64,000 nucleotides of DNA, taken from Terriglobia bacterium (GTDB lineage Bacteria > Acidobacteriota > UBA6911). Shown here in pieces: positions 47,469 through 58,949 of the stretch; position 1 is the stretch's first letter, and each line of letters begins with the position of its first letter. Under the pieces are notes generated by a model. The model ran no database searches, was not told the DNA's origin, and worked only from the letters and a program-made list of their open reading frames with translations. The stretch lies in the NCBI GenBank assembly GCA_963824985.1, contig CAWGRQ010000030.1, positions 64,583 to 128,582 on the forward strand, given 5' to 3'. Both the position numbers and the translations under genes were made by a program.

Positions 47469-50400
47469 TTAGCGGAGAATCTGTGGCGGAATGGCCGACA
47501 GGGCCGTTCCGGTTCCGAAAAGGGCGAAAGCGGCGAGGCCTTTGTCGGCCGTAATCCTGATATAGCCTGCAAGAATCTCCTGTCCCACGAGACTCGGGAA
47601 ATACTCCGTCAGAAGCTGGGATTTGCGACCCCTGGCCGGGATCACCTCCTGTCTGGAGATCAGCAGAGAGCCGTCCTTACGGAAGACCTCAATCGTTGCA
47701 GTCGCATTGGCATCGTTTGGATTCAGGATGGCGATTCCAGTGAAATAGTCCTTGTTGGAGGCAACCTGGCTGAAGACCAGAGAATTGGGGAAGCTGGAAA
47801 CCAGCGGCAGAGCCGAGGAGTAGATACTCTGGCCGGGATCGCCGAAGATCACGCTGCCGGCGAGTTTCACCCCGTCGCTCTTGATTTCGACATACCCTTG
47901 TGTCAGGACATTCGCGGGATCGAGGAAAAACTTCTGATCGGTGATGTGTAGTTTGCCCCGGGCGGCAATGGCGCGGATTTGTGGTGTGCCTACGGGTGTG
48001 CCATCATTGCCGAGGAGTTGGAACGTTACCAGCCCTGGTGATGAATCGAGATTGATCACGCTGAGGGCCGTACTCCAGGCCGCTCCTCCTACCGCATATT
48101 GCGGCGAGTAGAGCGTGGTTGCCCCGGCCAGCGCATCCTGGCCGTTGAGAGCCTGAATATAGTGTCCGGGTTTGCGGAGGACTTCCATGGGTACGACGTC
48201 TTGGGTCGCGCTCACGCGCAGATAATCAGAGCCGCCGGAGACAATGCCGGGGAACAGCTCGCTGACGGATTCGGCCACGAAACCATTGGCATTGAGATTT
48301 CGGGATGCCGGGTTTGCTTTCAGGAAGCCGTTGCCATCCAGCAGCTCGAAGCTCAGGGTCGCGGGCGCCATGTTGGGATTGGCGACGTGAATCCGGGTAT
48401 CGCCCGCATCCTGGATTTCCGGAAGAATGAAGGCGGCCGCGGTTCTGGAGGACGCATCCGTGCCGTCGAGAACGGTCAGGGTTTGATTGAAGATCAGATA
48501 GAAGCCCACCACCGGGCTGGCGGCGCTTTCGACCTTGAACCAGCCTGGAATCTCACGGTCGCTGAGGCCGGCGCCGAACAGCTGGTAGTCGATTACAGGG
48601 ATCTGCTCGCCCGCTTTCAGCTCCAGAATGGCTGGATTGGTAATGCCGGACCCCGTGATCAGAGATCCCGACGCGTCAAATGCCGTAAAGCTCAGGGCGG
48701 CATTGGCGCCGGAAAGGTTGGCGACCGCGACGCCAGTAAACTCGATCGTATCCGGGTTCGCGGCTCCGGCCTGCGTATTCATGAGTCGAGGATAGAAGAT
48801 GCCGGACACGCCTGCTCCGCCGGTTCCCGCCTGGATGACGGAAAAACTCTGGCCGGCGATGTCCAGGATGGCGGCGCGGGAGATCGGGCCGGCGTTGGCG
48901 GCGACGGAGAAGTCGACGGCGCCGTCGCCGCTGCCGCTGCTGCCTGAGGCAATCGTGATCCAGGGCGACGGGCTCACGGCCGTCCAGACGCATCCGCCGG
49001 GCGTCCTGACACTGACATTGCCGTACCCGCCGCCGACCGTGAAGGCCTGGTTCGGCTGGGAAAGCGCAAAAGTACAGCTCGAGCTGTTGCCCGCCTGGGA
49101 AACCGTGAAGGTCTGGCCCGCGATAGTGAGGGTGCCGGTACGGGTTGCCGCGGTGGTATTGGGAGAAACGGAGTATTGCACGGTCGCGCTTCCACTCGAC
49201 TGGCTGCCCGAGGTGATCGTGATCCACGCGGCGTTGCTGGCAGCGGTCCAGGAGCAGCCGCCGGAGGCATTAACCTCAACGCTGCCGGCGCCTCCGATGG
49301 CATTGAAAGATTGAGTGGTCGGCGAGAGTCCGAGGGTTCCGGTGACCGTGACGGTGGCGTCGGGCTGCGAGCGGAGCTGCTTCGCGATTTCCGACGTTGT
49401 CTTCGGCGATGCTGTAAAAGGAATAGGTGTGGCCGGATTGACCCGTGAAGACCGAGGAGGTGGTGGTCGTCTGGGCAAGCCACGCGCTGTACGGGGAACC
49501 GTTGTCGGACACGTAAATCGAATATCCCCGGATGCCCGATCCCCCCGAATCATCGCTTCCGGACCAGCTCAGGTTGATTCCAAAACATGTCTGTTGAGCC
49601 GGCAAGGATCCGAGTGCTGCTGGTGGGGGCGCCGGCGTCAATCGTGTTGAGGAACGGGCCCGTCCGCGGGGGCAGGCTTGAAGACATCGACATCGAATTT
49701 GACGAAGGCCTGGTTTTCGATGCGGGTTCCGGTTGCCAGGCCGGACTTTGGATTCACCGTGTAGTTTACCCAGCCGATCTCGTAGCCCGAATCGGTTATC
49801 GGTGGCAGGAAGCCGGCCATCGGATCCTCGGGCGGCTGCCGGGTGGCAGGGTCGAGGGCGTGGAACTCCCAACGGATGGCGCCCGAATCGCGATCGAAGG
49901 AGCCTTCGACGTTCACGATCAGATTCATGTCCGGGCGCAAATCGACATCCACGTTGAAATATGGCCCGCCCTCGAGCCGCACTTTCCATTTGAGGAATCC
50001 GAATTCGGTAAAGGACAGGGTGCTCCAGTCGAGGTCCGTGTCGAGCTGATCGGTGATAATGACATCCTGCGTCGGCGCCGGCGCATCCTCCCGGTTCCAG
50101 AAGTCGATGCGATACGGGATGGGATTGTCACCCCCGATCAATCGACGGTGCGTTCCCGGATTTATGGAAGGAGGGTCGTAGCCCATAGGGCCTGACTTGT
50201 CCTCAGGAGAAAGTGAGGTCACCACATAGATCCTTTTTTCAAGGTCTTTGGGAGGGTTGATATAGGGATTGTCCTTGATGTTCTCCCAGAACAGCATCGG
50301 CCCATTTGTAGGCTTTCAGGGCCGCCCAGAGTTTCTCGAGGGCAGCCTTGGCCGCAGCCTTCGCGGCATTCTGCCTCAGATCTTCAATCATGCTCTCCAT

Positions 50401-53400
50401 TCTGGACTTGAACCATCGTTCCAGTGCGAATTCACCCTGGCTCTTGATGCCAGCCCAATCCAGGAAAGCATTCTTAAAGGCAGTTCCCCAATCGATATGA
50501 TAATCCTGAAAGATAGGCTCAAAGACATATTCGTCCCATTTGTGCTTAAGTAAGCTTCTAACGAATTTCTGTATCTCCGGGACAACTATCAAACTCACGA
50601 ACAGGCTGGCTGTTGTCGGTTCAAGGGTCGCAACGGTCGGGGCAAACGATTGTTCGGTCGGAAGTATGACCGCTTCGAAAGTCATTGCCTGCCCGGGGGG
50701 GATAAGGGGCAGTGCAAATACAGGCAGCTTTCCCGCGTCATTGTTAATGTCCCAGACCAGGATATCCTGATAGCGAAGGCTGGACAGGGTGAATCCGCTG
50801 GAGGAACTCAGATCGAGAAATGCCAGTTCGCTATTTACATTGCCGTCATTGGCGACTGTAATGCTATAGGTCGCCGATCGACCCAGGCGAACATACTGCC
50901 GCCCTGTGATATCAACCCTCAACTGAATTTCAGATCCAGGAACGATGGAAAAGGGTACGGTTGATGCAGCTGAACTTCCATCCGGATTGCGAACCGCCAG
51001 TGTTCGTGATCCGGGAGTGATTCCATTCAGATCAAACTCGGCCGATAGTTCTCTGCCGTTTGCGGAACCTGCCACCGACTGGGCTGCGAGGGTACTACCG
51101 TCCGCCGAAACCAAATAGACCGCCGCCGAAAAGCTGAGTCCGGCCCCACGGACCAAGATCGTCACTACTCCGGTATTCCCGCCGCGAGCTGGGAGAAATA
51201 CTGATAATAGTAGGATCCGCTGCCGGGATGGCGTCAATGGACTTGAGATCTGCCTTGATTTTATGGTCACGCGGTATGTCGTGGTCGGGAAACCACGCCG
51301 AGTCGGTCAGACTGACATAGTAGGTGCCCGCGGCCGGCGATTGGATTTGCAGATTGGTCGTATCACCTGAGGCCGCCGTCCAGAGCGGGGATGCGCCGAG
51401 CATGCCGTAGGAAACCTCGAGGCGGCTCCAGAGCCCCAGGGTCTCGGCGGCTACGGACAACATCTGCTGACCGGCGGGGACGTGGATTTCATACCAGGCG
51501 CTCCCATAACAGCGCAGGATTGACCCGATCGTCCACTCCCCAAGCTTTAACTCCGGCAAGGATGTAAGTATGGAAAGCTTTCCGGAGCCCGAACCAGTGA
51601 CGCGAATCGTGCAAGGGCCGGGCGCCGGCGATTGCATCTGGAGTGCGAAGTCCTGGCTGCCGATATCGCTCTTCAGAGTCTTCCCGTCCCGCAGGACCTC
51701 GAGCGTTCCCCACCAGGAGCTGTCTTTCTGCAGCAGCACGAAAAAGTTTGACGCCCCGTCGGGTATAACCGTTTCGACCAATACCGGTTGTGACTGGCTT
51801 ACATTAATGTTGACGGAAGAGCCCGGCGTGATGCCTTGTCCGCCCGTCTGGCTGACGGTATAGGTCTGATCGGCGATCTGAAGGGCTCCGCTGCGGGAAG
51901 CCGAGCCTGAATGGGCGGCCACGGAATAATTCACCGTCCCGTTCCCGCTGCCGCTGCCGCCGGCCGTAATGGTTATCCAGTCGGCGTTGCTCGATGCTGT
52001 CCATGAACAGCCCGTTTGCGCGGTGACCGCGACACTCCCGGCGCCGCCGCTGGCGCTGAACAGTTGCCCTGAGGAGGAAAGATAGTAAACACAAACGGGC
52101 TTTCCGGCCTGTGTCACCGTAAAAGTTTTCTCGGCGATCGTCATGGTGCCGGAGCGCGAAGTCGCGGCGTCGTTGGCTGCGACCGTATAACTCACGGTTC
52201 CATTGCCCGTGCCACCGGCGCCCGACGTGATCGTGATCCACGCCGCGTTTGAGGTTGCCGTCCAGGCGCAATTGCTTCCCGCCGTGACTGCGACGGAGCC
52301 TGTGCCGCCCGAAGCATCGATGGAACGGCTCGAAGGAGAGATCGAGTAGGTGCAAGCAGTGCCTTCCTGGGTCACGGTAAAAGTCTTGCCGCCGATGGTC
52401 AGGTGGCCGCTGCGCGAGCCGCTGGCGGAATTGGCGGAGACGCTGAAGGCCACGCTCCCGTTTCCGGTACCGCTGGCCCCCGAAGTGATCGTGAGCCAAC
52501 CCGAATCGCTCGTGGCGGTCCATGCACAGTCGCTTGGTGCCGCCGTCACGGACACGCTGCCGGATCCGCCTGAGACCGGGAATGTCTGGCTCACCGGAAA
52601 CAGTGTGTAGGAGCAGGTGGCGTCCCCGCAGCTGAAGACTAGGGTATAGTCTCCGGTATTGAATAAATCGCTGTCGCGGACCAGGATCGTATACGATCCT
52701 GAGGCAGGGAGAGTGACCTGCCCGCTTTGCCCGTCGGGAGCCGTGGCCGCCAGCAGACTGCCTGAGGGATCGTAGAGCTCGGCGACCGTGTCTACGAGGT
52801 AGTAGCCGCTGCTGGATGAGATAACCACCTTGTTGCCGGCAGACCCTGGAAAGATGTAGGAATTCTGTTGGCCGGGGCTGCCAAGCGTGCCGTTCTTGGT
52901 CTCACCGCAGGATATCACCGTTCCGCATGTACCGTCTACGAAGGCCAGGCTGAGACCATAGTCCCCAATGTTGGATAAGTCGCTGTCGCGGACCACGATC
53001 GTGTAGGACCCGGCCGTCGGGATGGTGAGAATCCCGCTCTTCCCGTCGGCGGCGCTGGCCCCGACCAGGTTGCCGGAGGGATCATAGAGCTCCGCAACGG
53101 TGTCTACGAGGTAGGTGGTGCTGGCCGTGGATAGGATTACCTTGCGACCGGAGACGGCCGGGAAGGTATAGGAATTCTGTTGCCCCGCGCTGGAAAGACT
53201 GCCCGTTTTGGTCTCGAAACAGGAAATGGCGGCAGTACCGCATTTGCCGTTAACGAATACCAGGCTGAGACCATAGTCCCCAATGCTGGAAAAGTCATTA
53301 TCGCGGACCACAATCGTGTATTTTCCGACAACCGGGAGGGTGAGCACCGTGCTTTTTCCGTCTGCCGTGCTGGCCCCGAGCAGATTGCCGGAGGGATCGT

Positions 53401-54619
53401 AGAGTTCGGCGATGGTGTCCACAAGGTAGTTGTTGCTGGCCGTAGATACGACAACCTTGTCACCGGCAACCGTCCAGAAGGTGTAGGAATTCTGTTGTCC
53501 CGGGCTGGTTAGACTGCCGGTCCGGGTTTCGCCGCAGGAGATGGTGGCGGTGCCGCATGTGCCGTTGACAAAGATCAGGCTGAGTCCATAGTCCCCGATG
53601 CTGGAAAAGTCACTGTCGCGGACCACGATCGTGTAAGACCCGGCAACTGAGAGGGGGAGGGCCCCGCTTTTTCCGTCGATTGCGCTGGCTCCCAGCGAGG
53701 TTGCCGGAGGGGTCGTAGAGTTCGGCGACGGTGTCCACGAGGTAGTTGTTGCTGGCGGTGGATATGACGACCTTGTCGCCAGCAACTGCCGGGAAGGTAT
53801 AGGAATTCTGCTGCCCGGGGTTAGTAATATCGTCGGTCCTGGTTCCACCACAGGAGATGGTGGTAGTGCCACACTTGCCGTTAACAAAGACCAGGCTGAA
53901 GCCGTAGTCCCCGATGCTGGAAAGGTCACTGTCACGGACCACAATCGTGTACGAGCCGGCAGCCGGGAGGGCAAGCACCCCGCTTTTTCCGTCGACCGTA
54001 CTGGCCCCGAGCAGGTTGCCGGAGGGATCGTAGAGCTCGGCGACGGTGTCTACAAGGTAGTTGTTGCTGGCCGTAGAAATGAGGACCTTGTCGCCGGCCA
54101 CCGCCGGAAAGTTGTAGGAATTCTGCTGTCCGGCGCTGTTGATACTGCCGGCTTTGGTTTCGCCGCAGGATATGGCGGCGGAAGCGCTTGCCGTTGGCAA
54201 AGACCAGGCTGAGGCCGTAGTCCCCGTTGCTGGACAAGTCACTGTCGCTGACCAGGATTGTATAGACCCGGCAGCCGGGAGGGCGAGAACCCCGCTTTTC
54301 CCGTCGGCGGCGCTCGCCCGAGCAGGTTGCCGGAGGGATCGTAGAGTTCGGCGATGGTGTCTAGATGGTAGCTGTTGCTGGCCGAGGATATAATGACCTT
54401 GTCGCCGGCCACCGCCGGGAAGGTGTAAGAGTCTTTCTGGCCCACGGATGTGATGGATCCCGTTACAGTCTGACCGCAGGATATTGTTCCCGCGGCGGGT
54501 GACGGCGCCGGTTCCATCTCATGCAGAGGCGTTGTCAAGGCGGTTGATTCGAGAGCCGAGGGAACCGCGATCGATGTGCCCGGAATCAGGACGGCCGCAA
54601 GCCATGCACGCATTACCAT
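47469..54619 (-). pseudogene. Giant cell-surface protein gene(s) split over at least 7 frame changes (signal peptide, 6 PPC repeats, BACON-like repeats, IPT-like, FN3-like, C-terminal beta-rich region)
   Basis: A chain of overlapping minus-strand ORFs carries it: 54239..54787, 53932..54237, 53610..54242, 51095..53974, 50239..51270, 49638..50297, 49276..49989 and 47469..49553. Protein-like sequence continues from one frame into the next. The likely start is MVMRAWLAAVLIPGTSIAVPSA (ATG 54619). Confidence 0.7.
52634..54487 (-). repeat. Tandem array of six ~315-bp (105-aa) pre-peptidase C-terminal (PPC)-type domain repeats
   Basis: The repeat unit is [91 protein letters not shown]. An EcoRI site (GAATTC) recurs in five units at 52860, 53172, 53487, 53803 and 54118, giving spacings of 312, 315, 316 and 315 bp. 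Confidence 0.85.
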
Positions 54620-55528
54620 TCTTTTGATAAATGCGCCCCGAGGATTTTCAGGAAAGCGGAGGATTCCGTGTGACGACCGCGTCTGTTTGCCTGAATCCGG
54701 AAGTCGCCCGGTTGAACCGCTTGTTTTCGGGACGTAGGAATGCGGAAGCATAGGCTCTCCTTGCGTGCGGAGGGATGCGGCCAGCAAGATCGGTATCTGT
54801 AGAAGAAAAAATGAGGAATTGCCGGAAGCAAAGTTTACTGATTCGATCTGGAATGAACGCGACGCGGCAGGCTTTCGCCTCTCAATGCTTCCGCATCGAG
54901 CGCGCGCGATCCACTGGAAGTGCTTTGGTTACCCGCCGGTGGTGCCGTGCATTTAGGTGATGGAATTAGATCGGCGTCGTTGGCTGCCACGGCTGCGCAG
55001 ACTTTTGGAGGCTTTCCATATTGATCTGCGGCATCAGCCGCGATGCCGGGCGTCCCTTTGCCACTGAGTGCCACTGACCCGTTCCATCGATGAAGGCTCA
55101 ATTCACCCTCACTGTGTCAGGAATGAGTAACCGGCCGAAATTCAGGAATCTGATTCTTGGTGCGCGTTTTCCTCAGACCAGCAAAATAGCACAGGTTGCG
55201 GCGGATTGGACAGGAATTCGCGGAGTTTGCGCCAGCCCTGAAAATCGTCATCTGACCTCACGCAACATGCTCTTGAGCGGTATGTCGGCACGCCTGCGGC
55301 GCACCCGATCCTGCAACTCCGCCTGGACCAATTCGAACGAGGCAGGCGTTGCCGAACGTTTGCTTGCATCCGGCCCCGGGAAAATGTCTTTGAACGATAA
55401 AACAGACCTCAAAATCAAGCGCAAGCCTGATTCTCGGGTCCCCTGCAACGTTCATACTATGGAATTAATAATATTTCGGCTGATCCAGCCTCGCACGAAA
55501 CCCAGCCATAATGCCCACGTCCGATTTT

Positions 55529-55823
55529 GCATCTGTTTAGCCGATGCTGAACAGCAGAACGCAAAGACGCAAGGATGCAAAGAGATTCCTTTCGGTTCGC
55601 GAGCATGGGCGGCCTTCGGCCGCATCCTTGGGCGAGCCGCGGGAGAAAGCGCAATCCTCCTGAGTAGCCGCTCTGCCCGCGCTTTCTCCCGCGGCTCGCC
55701 CAAGGATGCGCCAGCGCGAAGCGCTGCGCCCACGCCTGTTGCTCAGTGTCGATCTTTGCGCCCCTGCGCCTTTGCGTCTTTGCGTTTTGCTTCTTCATCC
55801 ATTTGATTTGGCTAAACAATTAC
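55529..55823 (+). mobile_element. MITE copy 5 (full length, 295 bp) with 8-bp TSD CCGATTTT
   Basis: GCATCTGTTTAGCC ... GGCTAAACAATTAC is flanked by CCGATTTT at 55521-55528 and 55824-55831. Nearly identical to copy 1. Confidence 0.88.
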
Positions 55824-56019
55824 CCGATTTTAAGTCCGCTGTAATGTTCATCTCTTCCCATTCAATAGCCATCGGCCGATCCGTTCCCAACCCCCAACTC
55901 CACACATTAGAATCCTCTATTTATTATATTCAAAGAATTTAGCGTATTTTCCCAGATGCCTTTTTTGCCCGAGAGCCGGCTGCGAATTGCTTCCGGAAGT
56001 GCTATAGTCAGGCAATTAC

Positions 56020-57378
56020 ATGACGATGGATTCATCATGGGTTTTTATGACCGGCGGCATTGATATGCGACTCACAAACGGGTCCGCAAACGGCGCTCCG
56101 GACCTCCCGGCTGCACCCATCGGGAAACCCGGAGGGGCGCTTCGGCGCATTGCCGGGGATTATCGTCCGGTCTCCATTATGCTCCTGCTGGCAACCCTGA
56201 TGGTTGCAATGCTGAGCTATGCGCAAACCACTTCACGGACGGCGCCCATTTCCCGGCAGCCCCAGGTATCCGGGACCACAATCGGAAGCGTGGTTCAATC
56301 CGCTCCCGGGCCTTGGGGCCAGTTGGAGGAGATCCGCATCAACACCGAACCCCCCGAAGATTTCGTAGCCCTGCACTACCGGTACGGGACTGCGCAATGG
56401 GTGTTGCCCATCTATAACCGGGAGCAGGTCGTTCAACTGTTCAAATCAGCCCGGCTCAGCGATGCCCAGCAGAAGTCGCTCTTCCGGGAAGCGGTGGAGA
56501 ATCCGCTGGCCGGAGGATGGACTTTCCGCCCGGACGCGGAGCTCCTGCTGAGTCTCACGCCGGAAAGCCGCCGGCGCCTCTACCTCGCGCTTGCGGAGTT
56601 CCCGCAGAATGCAGCGCAGTATGAGCCATTCCGCTGGCGTGCGGAGTCGCTGGATGAGTGGTTCGCAAACAGCGGCGTGGCCGACGAAACCGTCAATCTG
56701 ATCAAAAAGCTGCTATATTACCGCGGCCAGGCTGTGTTGTTTGCCGATCCGGAACTGGTCCTGGCGACCTTGAATCAGCCCGAGGATCGCCTGCGGCTGC
56801 TGAAGACACTCAGCCGCCAATCCACGCTGCTTGTAAAACTGAACCTCCGGCCCGATTCGGACATAGACAAGCTGGTCGAGTACTGGGGCCGGGGCGGCCG
56901 GTCAAAAGACATCCGGCCGCTGCTGGACTCGCTCATCAAGGTTCCGGACGGCTGCTCGCTGGATATCGTGCACCTGCTGCCGCGATTCGCTCGCCAGCGT
57001 CTCTACACCTACCCGATTCTCTCCCAAGGTTTCGTCGACCCAAAATATGATTGCCACTGGTCCAGCATGAACTTCTGGAATGATCCTCCCGACAACCGTC
57101 TGGGAGAGGATCCCCGGTACGCTCGGGAAGTGCTGGAGCGCGACTATGATCTGGTTGGTAAACCCTACGCCCTCGGCGACCTCCTGTTCCTCACCAACGG
57201 CAACCGGGATGCGATTCATTCGGCGGCCTACGTCGCCGACGACATCGTGTTTACCAAGAATGGCTCATCGATTACCTCCCCCTGGATCCTGATGAGGCTG
57301 TCGCGGCTGGTGTCCTATTACGAGAACCAGGATGACGACCTGCAGCTTCTCATTTACCGGCGCAAGGACATCAATTAA
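56020..57378 (+). CDS. Hypothetical membrane-anchored protein with possible C-terminal papain-like (NlpC/P60-type) Cys-His module
   Basis: 452-aa ORF with one TM segment (VSIMLLLATLMVAMLSYA). The C-terminal part has YDCHWSSMNFW, then about 60 aa later DAIHSAAYVADDIVFTKNG. This Cys...His spacing suits a permuted-papain fold (inference only). Confidence 0.6.
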   Translation: MTMDSSWVFMTGGIDMRLTNGSANGAPDLPAAPIGKPGGALRRIAGDYRPVSIMLLLATLMVAMLSYAQTTSRTAPISRQPQVSGTTIGSVVQSAPGPWGQLEEIRINTEPPEDFVALHYRYGTAQWVLPIYNREQVVQLFKSARLSDAQQKSLFREAVENPLAGGWTFRPDAELLLSLTPESRRRLYLALAEFPQNAAQYEPFRWRAESLDEWFANSGVADETVNLIKKLLYYRGQAVLFADPELVLATLNQPEDRLRLLKTLSRQSTLLVKLNLRPDSDIDKLVEYWGRGGRSKDIRPLLDSLIKVPDGCSLDIVHLLPRFARQRLYTYPILSQGFVDPKYDCHWSSMNFWNDPPDNRLGEDPRYAREVLERDYDLVGKPYALGDLLFLTNGNRDAIHSAAYVADDIVFTKNGSSITSPWILMRLSRLVSYYENQDDDLQLLIYRRKDIN

Positions 57379-57488
57379 CAGCGTCCCTCGCGTTTCGCAT
57401 GAGTTTGAGTGGTTCTGGGGGAGAAACGTTACCTTGAGACAACGCCCCCCAAAAGGTGAATCTTAGCCGCCTGGCCCCCCCCAATTAC

Positions 57489-57778
57489 CTAAGGGCTCGC
57501 GCAAAAATAAGTTGGCATTTTGGCGCGAGCACCGTCGCACCTGTGGTGCTCCTGGGGTGGGCAGATGCAAGGCGCCGCGACGCGGGCGATGTGGTGACAT
57601 CGGCGAGGAGCGGCAACGCGGCAGATGCCCGCCCGCCGCCGCGCCCCGAAGGGTTGCGGCCCTACGGTGTGTGGAGCCTGGGGATATATTGCAGCAAATG
57701 GCATGCGCAAAACAAGAATGTTAGGATTACGCCTGGGGCCGCAACAAAATGCCAAGTCATTTTTGCGCGAGCCCTAAG
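57489..57778. repeat. ~290-bp element bounded by ~33-bp inverted repeats (second MITE-like or structured-RNA locus)
   Basis: The left end is CTAAGGGCTCGCGCAAAAATAAGTTGGCATTTTG. The right end is CAAAATGCCAAGTCATTTTTGCGCGAGCCCTAAG. An inner 10-bp stem GTTGCGGCCC/GGGCCGCAAC spans roughly 57653-57744. Single copy in the window. Confidence 0.55.
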
Positions 57779-57834
57779 TTTCATTTTTGCGATGGATCGC
57801 CCCGGCCCGGCACTCAACTCCACTCATCTCCCAG

Positions 57835-58827
57835 CTAGGGCTTGGTTGCGCCCACGATTGAGTCCATTCCTTCTCCGTGGCGCAGAAACCTTACCTCGAC
57901 GAATCCCGCTGAAACCAGATCCTCTTTCAGTTCATCAAATGTGAATGTCCCACCGGCGGGGGTGCCGACCAACATGTTGACCGCAAAGAACGCTCCCATT
58001 CGGGGAGCGGTTCGCGACTCGTCCATGACGATATCACGGATCAGGATGTTTCCGCCGGGAACCAGGGCGGCGAACACCTTCAAGAATAACTCCCGATTCT
58101 GCTCCCGGGAATTCTGGTGTACGATCGCGCTCACCCAGGCCAGATCGGCCCCCGAGGGGAATTCGTCGGAATAAAAATCTCCGGCCACCAGCTCGATGCG
58201 GCCGGCCATGCCTGACTGATGGACCAGGTTTCCGGCCATCGGGATCACTTGCGGCAGGTCGAAAATAGTGGCTTTGGCATTAGGATTCAGTTGAAGAAAT
58301 GGGATCGTCCAGGTGCCCGAAGCGCCGCCGAGGTCCAACAGATGACTGAAGTTCAGCGGCATGATGCTATGAATCAGCCCTGCTGCGATCCGGCTGGATA
58401 TCTCATGCATCGCCCGAATGAAGGATGCCGTGTCCTCTGCCGCGCCGCGCACACTTTCATCCCGAACCGGCCGGCCAGTAAGGACCACTTTGGCCAATTC
58501 ACTCCACCGTCGAAGGCAGTTGCCCTGATGTCTCACCATGCCCAGGATTGAGTTGGAGCCGGATTCGGAAAGCATGGCGGCCGCGAAGGGGGGGACGAAA
58601 TACACGCCGTCGCGCTTTACCAACAAGTCCATTGCCGCCAAGGCGTCCAGGAGCACCGCGGTGGCGCGCGGATCACCTTTTATGCGCTTCGCCAGACCGG
58701 TACTATCGGTCGGCTGCTCTTGCAGGCTGGTAAAAATGTCCAACTCCGCGGCGGCGACCAGGACACATGCCGCCTGGAATCCCCGCACCAGCTCAATCAA
58801 TTCATCTGGTGAATATTGCTTCGTCAT
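57835..58827 (-). CDS. Class I SAM-dependent O-methyltransferase (COMT-like, with N-terminal dimerisation/winged-helix domain)
   Basis: Start at MTKQYSPDELIELVRGFQAACVLVAAAELDIF (ATG 58827). SAM motif I is HLLDLGGASG, followed by ATIFDLPQV ... VAGDFY ... LVPGGNILIRD. Confidence 0.85.
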   Translation of the reverse strand: MTKQYSPDELIELVRGFQAACVLVAAAELDIFTSLQEQPTDSTGLAKRIKGDPRATAVLLDALAAMDLLVKRDGVYFVPPFAAAMLSESGSNSILGMVRHQGNCLRRWSELAKVVLTGRPVRDESVRGAAEDTASFIRAMHEISSRIAAGLIHSIMPLNFSHLLDLGGASGTWTIPFLQLNPNAKATIFDLPQVIPMAGNLVHQSGMAGRIELVAGDFYSDEFPSGADLAWVSAIVHQNSREQNRELFLKVFAALVPGGNILIRDIVMDESRTAPRMGAFFAVNMLVGTPAGGTFTFDELKEDLVSAGFVEVRFLRHGEGMDSIVGATKP

Positions 58828-58949
58828 GCCCTTTTCTCTCCTGAAGATCCTCATAGTAAGCTGCGGGGAGTGTGACGGCCGGAAGGGAAATGGCGAGATA
58901 TTTTCGCATCGCAATCCTCAGCGGTCAGTTCAAACCACTCGGGAATAGC

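Noticed and set aside
55116-55448. Two small minus-strand ORFs overlapping by ATGA (toxin-antitoxin-like layout)
   Set aside because: Neither peptide (…KDIFPGPDASKRSATPASFELVQAELQDRVRRRRADIPLKSMLREVR, and MTIFRAGANSANSCPIRRNLCYFAGLRK…) resembles any TA family I know. The second has implausible composition.
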